Assembly: GCF_018350175.1 (NCBI RefSeq)
Contig: NC_058382.1
Span: 53,260,001-53,324,000, forward strand
Direction: 5' to 3'
DNA length: 64,000 nucleotides
Source: Felis catus
Taxonomy: Eukaryota
A model generated the notes under the pieces. It ran no database searches, was not told where the DNA came from, and saw only the letters and a program-made list of their open reading frames with translations. The translations under genes and the position numbers were made by a program. Numbering within the stretch: position 1 is the stretch's first letter; each line of letters begins with the position of its first letter. Positions 1 through 11,440 of this stretch are shown piece by piece.

Positions 1-587
1 TGTATAAAAAGGGCCACCGTTGAAAAAGGGACCCGTTGTTCCTAGGGGAAGAGGCTTCTAATTTCCAGTTGGTCCGGAAACGCTTGCTTCCTGTCCAAAA
101 CCGGAGCGCTGGGACAAACAGCCACTCCCAGGGCAAGGGGACCTGGGAAGGAGGCGGCGGACAGGCCTGAAAAGGCGCATCGTTGGGGGAGCCGTGGGGC
201 CTGCGGAGTGCTGCAAGGCAGCCCGCAAGAACCGCGACATGTGACCATTGGGGTCTGTTCCTTGCATCTCCAGGGCTAGACTCTCCCTGGAGAGGCTGGG
301 AGGCCTGACATATGCCCTGGGGGACAGGGAACTGGAAAGCAAAGGCACTTTTGAGAAGGGAGCCAGAACTTTCCTCGGCCCTCACACAAGGCAGCACCGG
401 GGCACGGAAGAGCTCGGGTCATCACAAACGAAATCTGCACACCTAACACACAGGACAATGGATGGACAGAGAAGGAGAAGAGAGTAAGGAGAGAAAGGGG
501 AAAAGGAGAGAAGGAGAAGAGAAAGAGAAGGAGGACCAAGTAGAAAGAGCCACCATTTCTTCCTAGGCTACAAGGCAGGCATTGTCT

Positions 588-600
588 GTGACTCAGCAAT
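588..600 (+). promoter_or_regulatory. ARE/MARE (NRF2-sMAF/BACH, AP-1) motif GTGACTCAGCAAT
   Basis: Exact RTGACTCAGCA core with an AT-rich 3' flank; motif match only. Confidence 0.4.
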
Positions 601-1453
601 GGAATTCAAGGCCCTGAAGGGAAAAAAGCAGAAGGAAAGAGAGCTGGGAGTTGCACAGATGACAGTCAAAGGGGGTAAACTGAGGAAGCATTTACTCTGT
701 AACTCGACACTGTCCAACATCCTCTGGTCCAACGTCCGTTGGTCCTTTTCAGGACCTCCCCTGAAACCAATACCTTCCTGAACCCTATTTTCATGCTAAG
801 GAAGCCGAGTCTCAGAGAAGTCCGGGTCCTTGGTTGCTTTGTTTTAGTGCTTCTGACAAGAAAAGCAGCAAGGGGAGGCCCCAGCCCAACACCAAAAAGG
901 GGTGAGGATCCTCTGCCAGAGACCCTGGAAGCACGTTACAACAGGGGGAATGTGGGGAACACCTGACGCCATCCAGGGCCTGTGGAAGAAAAGGGAGATG
1001 GTGAGGCATGGGACCATGAAGCAGGGCTGTGGGGTGACGACCCACGGGAAGCTCCTGGGTGCAGTTCACCATGTCCCTTCCCGGGAAGGGCTGGCCAAAG
1101 CTTAGCCGAGGTAGCACTCATGCTGGGTAGATAGGGTGCACCTAGAGGCACATGGGCCTGAGGCAGCTACAGTGGGGGCCTTGTTGGGTGAAGAACCTCA
1201 AGGTGGCCACCAAGACTGCAGCTGAGGAGAGGAGAAGACAGAGGAGCATGGGATCCAAGATGTAACCCTGTGGGTCATGGAAGGTTGTATGGATTTTATT
1301 CTTAGTGAGATGGGAACCCACTGGAAGAGTGAAAGCCAAAGGAGTGCCAAAATTGGACATGGGGGCGAGGTCTATGGGAGCTCTTTGTACTTGGTATTCA
1401 ACCTTTCTATAACCCCAACACTGCCCTAATTAAAAAAATGTGTATAAAAATCT

Positions 1454-2745
1454 CTACCCACCTATCAGCTATCCATTTATCCATCCATCCATCCACCCAT
1501 CCATTTTCCATCCATAATTCTTCCATCCATCATCCATAATCCAACCATATGTCCATCATCCATCCATCCATCCACCTACCCATCCATTCATCTTCCATCC
1601 ATAATTCTTCCATCCATCTACCTATCCATCCATTATCCATCCACCCACTTATCCATCCATCCATCCACCCATCCATTTTCCATCCATCCACCTATCCATC
1701 CATCCATCCATCCAGCCATCCATTTTCCATCCATAATTCTTCCATCCATCCACCTATCCATCCATTCATCTTCCATCCCTAATTCTTCCATCCATCTACC
1801 TATCCATCCATCCACCTATCCATCCATCCACCCACCCATTTTTCCATCCCTAATTCTTCCATCCATCTACCTATCCATCCATCCACCTATCCATCCATCC
1901 ATCCACCCATTTTTCCATCCATAATTCTTCCATCCATCTACCTATCCATACATCTTCTATCCCTAAGTCGTCCATCCATCTACCTATCCATCCATCCACC
2001 CATTTTCCATCCATAATTCTTCCATCCATCTACCTATCCATCCATTATCCATCCACCCACTTATCCATCCATCCACCCATCCATTTTCCATCCATAATTC
2101 TTCCATCCATCCACCTATCCATCCATCCACCTATCCATCCATCCACCCATCCATTTTCCATCCATAATTCTTCCATCCATCCACCTATCCATCCATCCAC
2201 CTATCCATCCATCCACCCATCCATTTTCCATCCATAATTCTTCCATCCATCCACCTATCCATCCATTCATCTTCCATCCCTAATTCTTCCATCCATCTAC
2301 CTATCCATCCACCCACCTATCCATCCATCCATCCATCCATCCATCCACCCATCCATTTTCCATCCGTAATTCTTCCATACATCTACCTAACCCATCCATC
2401 CATTGTCCATTCATCCACCTATCCATCCATCCACCCATCCATTTTCCATCCATAATTCTTCCATCCATCCACCTATCCATCCATTCATCTTCCATCCCTA
2501 ATTCTTCCATCCATCTACCTATCCATCCATCCACCTATCCATCCATCCACCTATCCATCCATCCACCTATCCATCCATCCATCCACCCATTTTTCCATCC
2601 ATAATTCTTCCATCCATCTACCTATCCATCCACCCACCTATCCATCCATCCATCCACCCATCCATTTTCCATCCATAATTCTTCCATACATCTACCTAAC
2701 CCATCCATCCATTGTCCATTCATCCACCCATCCATTCACCCATCT
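1454..2745 (+). repeat. (CCAT)n-derived complex satellite/VNTR with higher-order units
   Basis: CCAT/CCAC/CTAT tetramers punctuated by recurring CCATTTTCCATCCATAATTCTT; exact 70-bp period at 2081-2250; almost no G on the + strand. Confidence 0.95.
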
Positions 2746-5700
2746 ATGCTGTTTATATGTATCACTAGTGGTTTATTTAAAACAAACAGTATATTTTACT
2801 AGCTTCTCTGCATCTTATGTTTCTACTTAATATATTTTGGAAATCTCTATTAGCCGGTAAACACATAAATCACAGCACTAAGAGCTGCTAAATACCCCAT
2901 TTTAGTTAGTATGCATAACAATTTCTTTTCAAGGTTTGTAGGTTTCCATCATGAATATATATGTAAAGCACCTGATTATTATTTTGTAAAAAAAAAAAAT
3001 TAGACCCGGCTTTCATCACATCTCGTTCCCTAAACGCGGGAAAGAGTACGTCTCTAAACTAAAATTCAGGATTGCCGCTGCCTTTACCTTCACATTTACG
3101 TCTTTGTGTGTTCCCTTTAAGGCTTCTAGTCTGGACATACACGCGCCACTGAAGTCACGTGGCTGTTGCCACTGCCTGGGTGAAAAGCTCTCTGAGGCGC
3201 GGCAGTAGGGACGGCAGACCCCGGGTGTTGTAAGCAGAAGAAGAACACAAATAGGACAGGACTTTGCAAAGGGGAAATGGAGCTGAGAACCACAAGGGTC
3301 TCTAAGAAAGCCCTCCGGGCCTGTGGTTCTGAGGGCCCATGAGGGAGGAAGAGGCACTGAGGAAGGAAGTCCACAGGAAGCCGGGCACGCTCGGCCACAT
3401 CCAGGCCTGGGAAGAGAAGCTCTGGTCTGTCCCCTCTATGTCCCAGCTCTGCCAACAGGGCTCGGATGTTTACACAGCTCGGCTGGCAAGCGTGTTGGCA
3501 GGGAGGCCCTTGCCGGTGAGACCCCAGGCCCTGCTGGGGCTCTGAGACCAGCGCCGATGAGGCTTTCTCCTGTCTTCCCACCGTCTTCCCGTTCCTGGCT
3601 GGACGTGCCCGGGGCCAGGCCAGCACAGGGCAGGAAAAGACCTGGGGAGATTGGCCAACACCTCTGGTACCTTGGCCCCAGCGTGTCATTCATGCACAGT
3701 GGGGGCCTCGGGGCTGGCACGGTGGATGCCCGGCCCTGGATCTCTCTGGGGATGCGTGCTTTTTTAGGCCCCGGTTTTGAGATCAACTGTCTTCCACAAA
3801 AGAATCAAACCTATTTTGCTTCTTAGGTTCTGCTGAGTCTCTTACTGAATGCCTCTTCTGTGTCTGCCAGTGAGAATTCACTGGGCAGGAAGTTCCACCC
3901 CAGCTTTGGGGGAGGGACATGATGGAGACAGGGTGTCAGACTACCCCGAGCAGGAGACGGGCAGCAGAGGGGAAGGGGGGGTATACACGGAGCTGGCAGT
4001 TGAACCTGGGGACCCCTGCCTCTTGATTGCTTTGGATACGGCCGGGAACTTACAAGGGAGCTCTCCCGAATCAGGTTCATAAGGCAGCTCTGCGACCTGC
4101 CCGCTGTGTCATCTGCCAAAAGCTACTGAAATTTCCTCGGCCTCAATTTCTCCTTCTGTAAAATGGGTGTAACAGCCCCGCTTCCCTCCTATGCTGGTTG
4201 GGAGTTAAACGCAGGTAACATACCTACAGGTACAACGAAGATCACCGATTAGCAGAAATCTCTTTCCCTTCTCTCGGGACCTCGGTGTCCACATTTGGAA
4301 AATGAGGCTCACTCGTTAGAAGAGATGTTTTCTAGGGAATCTTCCAACCGTAAAGTTGTACAATACAACTGTTTGCTCTGTTTGCTCTCATATCTACACA
4401 GCTTATGACCTAAAAAGGTACGGCGGGGGGCGGGGGGGGGGGGTGTCATGCCTGTGTGACTCATGCAGTCACGCAAGGCACCACACTCCTAAGTTGTCCG
4501 TGCATTCAGGCTCTGCTCTGGCCGTCTGGACTTCTCAAAACTGCTTGGACAAGGGGCCCCGCGTTTCTCCTTTGCATTGGGCCCTGCACAGTGACTAGCG
4601 CGTCAGGCCTGCAGTGTACGTGCATTCTGCAAGGTCACCACTGCCTCGAGACTCTAGGCGTGTGTGTGTGTATGTGTGTGTGGTCGGGGCGGGGAGGGAT
4701 TCTTTGGAGTTTTAGCTTGCTACACCTAAGAGATCCGTCTGGTAGCACCGACTGCCGGGGAAAGGCACGGGTGATTATGAGAGATCTCCAAAGCAGGCCC
4801 GGCCCCACCGAGGGGAGAAAGCCAGTCCCAGAGCAGTGGCGGCTGGGAGCCCAGAAAACAGCCAACAAGCTGACTCATGAAAATCTCCCACTTGAGAAGG
4901 CTGGATGGTGATTTTTCTCTGCCTTACTCTCGTGTCTCTCCCAGATGATGTATGAATGGCCTTATTTACCTCTTCCCTCCAAACCTTCTCCTTTATTATT
5001 TTTATTAATGCCATGCCAACCCCGAAAAGGTGTTTCCTTTACAAAAAGGAAAGAAAAAAAAAAAAAAAGAAAATTGCTGTCCCCCCTCCCCCACAAAACC
5101 TCACCTCATTCACACAGAGGAAGGAATAGGTTCTTCAAAAATCGTCGTATTTGTGTGTGTGCGAGAGAGAGAAAGAGACACAGAGACAGACCAGAGACAG
5201 AAACTTAAAATGGGTTTGTTATGTGCGAGTCTAAAATCTGAATATAAATAGTAATAAATTCAGGTCTTTATTTTAGAAAGGCCAGAGTATCCAGGAAAGT
5301 TTTTTTTTTTTTTTTTTTTTTTTTTACCATCTTTCCTGACTACAAAAGCATTGCTACATTTCACGCATTTTAATTTCAAAAGTAACGGGAGACACAGCTG
5401 CATTTAGAGCTAGGGAAAACACTGAGCCTCGCCCCCCGGTAAAACATCCCTGCACCCACCGCTGTGTGTGTATACCTGCCATTGTCATTGACGGGGCGCT
5501 AAGCGCTTGGCATTTCATGGGCCATTGACTCTGCAAAGCTCCCTACCAGACAGGTGCGTTCCAGCGACAGAGGATAAAGCTGAGGCTCCCACAAGGTCAC
5601 ACGGCGCATGCCAGAGCCCGCACTGGAGCCCAGATCCCTCCGGCCTCACCTGCCCAAGTTCTCCATACACTCCTGAGCTTGCGTGTATAAACACGAGCCA

Positions 5701-7350
5701 CTTGGAGCAGCTGCAGCAAAAAAGAACAGTGGTCTCACCTCCAGGCTTGGCAAGATTGCTGATCACTTTTAAACGCAACATCTCAGGGCAGAAAGAGATC
5801 TGAGAGGTCATCTTTCTGACCTGTCACCCCGCACCTGAATTCATCCTCCATTATCTCCTATTAGAGATTCTTTTTTTTTTTTTATTACTCCCCATGACAG
5901 AGAACTCACTACCTGTTGAACCTGAATAGGATCTACCGGACCCTGCACAACTAACTACCTGAACTCACTACCTCTCCCAGGATCCCCGATCTCTTTGAGC
6001 AAAAACATTTGTCTTTAACCTTGAAATACACATCTGTTCTCTTCCACCCTTGACTCCAAGCTGGAGGCACAAATGACGGGCACACCCTCACCCCCAGGCC
6101 AGGCTCCCCAGTCTCCTGGACTCTTCCCATCTTAAGGTGGAGCCCCTTCATTCCCCCAGTTGTTTCTCCTCTAAGCCAGTTTCCGGGCCGTTTTCAAACC
6201 AGTTCATGGAGCCCACCTCTGGCTGAAGAACAACTTTCGGCTCTGTTCACTTGCACACGACTTTGCGGGGGTTGGGTAGAGACTCCCGGGCCAGCAGGGC
6301 AAGAGGTTCTGCATTCCACGGAGGGGACGTACGTGATCATGGAAAACAGCGTGGCTTCTCAATCTGGGGCCACGTCAAGGGGTCCTCTTTGGGGAGGAAT
6401 GGGTGCCCCACCTGGACCTGATCTCACTCACCAGCCAAGCTGCGTCCCTCCCGAGCAGGGACCTCTCCCTCCCTGGCAGTGGGGAAAGTCTTTGAAGACC
6501 CAGGGAAGGCGAGGGTGTGCCGTTTATGAAAACAACTGTTTAACAGCTCCCAGAGCATCCATATTTGAATGGGAGGAAAATAATGGTAAAAACATCATCA
6601 AGAAACAGATGTGCCTGAGTTAGGTTTTGTGGCAGGAAAAAATGTGGGTTTGCCGGTATTGATTTCATTCTTCCAACTGATGACAATGAATGGCTGTGCC
6701 TTCCCGGGACGCACCGTCCCGGGGGCTCTGCAGACGCACCCTCCGCCCTGACCTGCGCACGTTCCTGGGGGCTGGGGTGGGGGTGGGAGGTGGCCGCTGG
6801 ATATCACGCTACTGGGGGTGGGCTCGTGTCCTCACAAAGTGCTGACTACTGCCAAGAGGGGGTGCCGTTCCCCTTTTCCTAATGCACACGAAGGTACCTG
6901 TAAGGACTATAGCAGCATTGCGTGAATGCCCGTGTGCAAATGTGTGTGCAAGCTCACACATCCACAGCAGGGCATGCCGGGGTAGAGAATGGACCGGGCC
7001 CTATGGCTTCAGCAACGGCCCCTCTGACCGTTCAACCCCGCCCCAGGCTCCGATGTACCACGTGGAAGACGGGCCACACGTGTTAGGGGCTTTAGAGCCA
7101 TGGACACAGGACTCTGAATCCCAGTTCCGCAACCGATTCGTTAGGTCGCCAAAGACACGTCACAAAACCGCACTGAGTATCAAGTTCCATGAGAATAAGA
7201 AAAGGCAGTCACCTCGCAGAGGTGTCGGGAGGATGTGAGATAGTAATACGCGGACGAGTTCCCTATGCCGTTCCTGGAATGTACTAGAAGCTCCATTTTA
7301 CTGAGCTTTCCGCAGGTCGCCGTGCAGGAAAAGGCACAGAGACCACGATC

Positions 7351-7592
7351 GAGCAGAGTGGTTACGCACAGGGACTCTGGAATCGAGCAGCTCGCAATAG
7401 GAGTCCCAGTTCTACCTTTGACCAGCTGTGGGATTCAGGCAAAGTTAATTGACTTCCCTGTGCCTCGCTTTCCTCGCCCATAAAATGGGGGCAATAATAG
7501 CACCTAATTCATGAGGTTGCTGTGAGAATCAAATGAAATAGACCAGGGCAAGTGCTTAGCTTAGAACCTGGTGTTTAGGAGGCGCTCAACAT
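7351..7592 (+). mobile_element. MIR SINE, near full length
   Basis: MIR core TGTGCCTCGCTTTCCTC..TAAAATGGGG..AATAATAGCACC and 3' AGTGCTTAGC..CCTGG. Confidence 0.85.
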
Positions 7593-8999
7593 ATTCTACA
7601 GCTTTCCCACCGTGGCCCAAGCTCTTCCCGCCATGGGGTAGGCTGTGGCTCATGAAAAACGCCCTAGATGCTAAAACCCCAGCCTCGTCCAGCACTGTTG
7701 ATCTCCCAGGCACATGAAGACACAACAACGCCCCGTCGAAGGAAAGAATGAAATCACTAAAGAGAACACCTCTCCCCCTCCCACAGAAGTAGGACATCTG
7801 ATAGCTGTTCACAGCGTCTATTCTAACCTTCCTTCCCGTATATTTCAGTAAGTTTAATTTCTGCGATGTTTAACAGTTGTTTTTAGATAAATCACAGTCG
7901 CACTTTCTGGCCCAATTCACAGGCCCTTTTCACTGCACAGGGAAATCAGTTCTTCCGGCTTGTTGGAGAAAAGCAAATGTGTCCTCATTGTCTATTCATG
8001 GTGGTGTCGCGAGGAAGGGACCTCGAACATGCGACTTGTCAGACATCCCATTACCTATCATTCAAATGTGTAGCGGCATTCTTTTTAAAATGGATTGTTA
8101 TTCAACTTTCCTTTCCTTTTTTTTTTTTTTTTTCTTTTTTGTGAGGGAGTGGTTCGCAACATGGTCTCATGAATACCAGCCTTGTAAAGAGGAGCCGGTG
8201 TGCCTAAATAGAAAGTTTTCTCAGCACGAGCGCAAATATAACATGTACACATGATTTCAAAGGATGGCTTCCTGAATTTCTTGTCAGCTGAGAAGTGAAG
8301 ACCATCTCGGCCTGCTACCCAGAGCTTTGATTTGCCCAAGCGCATCCCTGCATGGCACCAGCATCACCACGTTCATTCCAGAAGAACGATTGAAAATTCA
8401 GGCTTGAGCGGCAGAAAATGCTGGGTTTGAAACTGAGTTCTGTCATTCCCCTGGACATCCTCTGTCTGTTCCTGCAGAGCCGATCTCCACTCTTCTCTAC
8501 CCAGCTCCGGACCCCGGGAGGCCGTCGCGTGTGGCGTATGTCCACTGGGGACCCCACCCCCTTCTCAACGCTGGCCGGATTTGACCAATGGAGGGCGCTC
8601 CTGGAGGCCAGTGCCGGGCAGATGAGAGCGTGTTTGGGTACACATTCTCCAGGCTTCCTTCCCGATACACGGCCTGTCTGTAATACCTCTTTTCCTTGAT
8701 GGCAGCCCTCCCCTTCGCTAGGACCACCTCTGGGTTCTGACTCGATGGTCCCTTCAATGACTCGTCAACATGACTCTGCTCAACCGAGCATCGAAGATGC
8801 CTCATCACTGGCTGTGTCCTCAGGTTGTGCCTTCACCTCTCCAAGAAGGTTGGATAATCTTTCTCCGGACTTGTCACTGATGAGCTCTCAAGGCTGCAAA
8901 GTGGTTCAAAACCCAAGCTTTGAACTCAGACAGACAGATCTTGTAGGACTATCGTGGGGAACCCTGAAAACCACCAGCAGCTCTTCTTAGGGAGCAAAC

Positions 9000-9235
9000 C
9001 ATGTCGCGTAGTGGTGAGGAATATGGGTTCTCCGGCCAACTGGCCTGCCTTTGACCCTGGCACCAACTCTAACCAGCTGCCTGACGTTGAGAAGGCTGCT
9101 GGATCTCTGCCTCAGTTTTCTCATCTGTGAAATGGTGACAATAGTGTCTCCCACAGTAAGGTCACTGTGAGGATCCCATCAGTTAACATGCGCCAAACAC
9201 TGAGAACAGTGCCTGGCACACAGTAGGTGCTTTAT
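9000..9235 (+). mobile_element. MIR SINE
   Basis: CTCTGCCTCAGTTTTCTCATCTGTGAAATGG core and AGAACAGTGCCTGGCACACAGTAGGTGCT tail. Confidence 0.9.
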
Positions 9236-9453
9236 AGCCTCAGCCAGTAATATGCACGTATTATACACATCGAGTTTACAAGCTCCTGCAAATAGAAGAG
9301 CCATGTAGCACACATTTGGGCACCACCAGCACCTAGCATATGATAGAGCCTCCATAAATAAAGGTCTACTGATATTAACTTATTGCTGCTCCTACGACTG
9401 ATACTAATAACGTGGTCATATTCTAGTTTCCAAAATTCTTCATGCTTATCTTT

Positions 9454-9673
9454 AACAAAAACATTTTTTTAATGTTTATTTATTTCTGAGACAGAGAGAG
9501 ACAGAGTGTTAACAGGGGAGGGGCAGAGAGGGAGGGAGACTCAGAATCTGAAACAGGCTCCGGGCTCTGAGCTGTCAGCACAGGACCGGATGCGGAGCGC
9601 GAACCCACGAACTGCGAGATCGCGATCTGAGTCGAAGTCAGATGCTCACCCGACGGAGCCACCCCAGCACCCC
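9454..9673 (-). mobile_element. Can-SINE (felid SINEC)
   Basis: Reverse-complement head, (GA)n and T-rich tail; diverged TSD TTCATGCTTATCTTT/TTCACGCTCATCTCT. Confidence 0.95.
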
Positions 9674-11229
9674 TTCACGCTCATCTCTGCTGGTCCCCGT
9701 AATCTCCCCGTGGCAGGGACGCGGTGATCATTCCTTTTATATACATTAAGACTACCGGGGAACAGGGAGGTTCAGTGACTTGCCCAATGCCACACCGAAC
9801 AGACTAGCATACCTGTAACTGTTACTCAGAACTCAGGAAACCTACAAACAACCATATGACTTCCTTAGGGATATCCAAGGACAGAGGGGCCCCCCAGGAG
9901 ATGGGGCGCCAAATAGCTCAAGCTCTGAAGACAGGCCAGGCATGCTGTCTGCCCATGATAGAGAGCAGCCGGGGTCTGTCACCTGCATGATCTAAACCTG
10001 ATGTTATAGGGGGGTCGCCCCGCAAAGTTTCCAAGGAGAGCTGTTCCCAAGGGCCCTCGGCTCCCACCCTCAAGCCCGCGCGTACCAGCTGTTTTCCCCG
10101 GCACCCGGAGGGTTGTCATCTCTGGGGGCACCGTGCCGGGGCACCGTGCCTTGGCCCCCTGCCTGTCTCTTCCTGCCTCTCAGCTGCAAGAGAAAACACA
10201 GTTCCTTATCACTTATCATCACTAGCTCTCCCCCGGCCCGGCCCTCGGGGACCCGGAGGGCCTGTAACCCGGGTAGCCTGGCAGCAGGCCAAGCCAGGCG
10301 ACCCGGCCCTCCCGTACCCAGGTTTCCTGCCTGTGGTTTGCACGGCTATAGCTCCTCTGGTTCGCACTTCCTGTCCTAGCCCACGTGCCGGCATGACTCT
10401 GTGCCTCCTCTGGATGCTCTGGGTTCACAGCGCAGGTAGCCAGCCGTGTCCCTTGACCTGTCGCCAGGTGGGAAAAGAAACTAGAGCCCCGGGTCCTTGT
10501 GAGCGGTCCCCTCTCTCCACTCGGCCCTCCCAGCCTGGCCATATGCCTCCACCCCCACCCCACCCTCTGGGGGGCGGGCCTCTGTCTCACACCGGCCAAG
10601 TTCTAGGTCTTCACAGGTTGAGCTGGGCAGGAGGTGATGCTGGAGGCCTCTGGGGAGACAAATCTGCACTGAACAAACACCCCAAGGACACGTGCCTGTA
10701 CTTCGAGCCAAAAGGATCAAAAGTCTATTGTAAAGGACCGGAGCTCCTTCCGGTACTGGATGCCCACGGAACACCCTAGAATTCTCGCGGTGGCCTAAGA
10801 AACCCTTCAGTATCTGGCCCCTACCTCCTTGCCCCGTGCATTTCTCACCGGGGCTGATTCCACCCTGAGCTCCTTCCCACCTCCGGGAGCCGGCCCAGGA
10901 CCCAGAAAGGGCCTCTCCTGCGCTATCCTCTCCATTCAAGTTCTGTCTCTCGCCCACAGATTCTCAAACTCCCGACGAGAACATGAAAATGCCTTCTCTT
11001 GTTGACCGTCTAACTGGTGCTCCCCAAACAGTGACCAGTTTGAGAGAAAAGCATCGTTCTTGACCCTAACCGAGTACAAAAGCAGACTGGCTTTGGAGCC
11101 CATCAGATCTGGTTCAAGTCCCAATTCTGTCTCTTGGGTAGGCTTGGGCTACGCCCAACTGTCTGCCCCGGCCTGTTTGTGCACACCCAGGGCACCCACC
11201 AAAGCGTGTTAATGCTGATTAACAGTTCT

Positions 11230-11440
11230 TAGCATTTGAAGAACATTAGCCACGGGCCTCCAGCCCAGCTAAGCCCTTCACCTGTTTATCTCATTTCAGC
11301 CTTACAGAATCTCAGGAAGTAGGTGTTCATCGTCTTATAGATGAACAAAGCTGAGGCTCTGAGAGTTTAAGTAACGTATCCAAATCACTCAGTTAGTAAT
11401 GCTAGAGGGTGGCTCCAGAGAACTCTCTCCTAACCAGCGT
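11230..11440 (-). mobile_element. MIR SINE
   Basis: TTATAGATGAACAAAGCTGAGGCTCTGAGAGTTTAAGTAAC matches the antisense MIR core. Confidence 0.75.

Noticed and set aside
1549..2534. His/Pro/Ser/Ile-rich and Trp/Met/Asp/Gly-rich ORFs
   Set aside because: Translations of the CCAT satellite
3088..3138. Minus-strand MSRLEALKGTHKDVNVK followed by AAG|GTAAAG
   Set aside because: Weak ATG context, no recognisable homologue and no clear acceptor or promoter; compatible with chance
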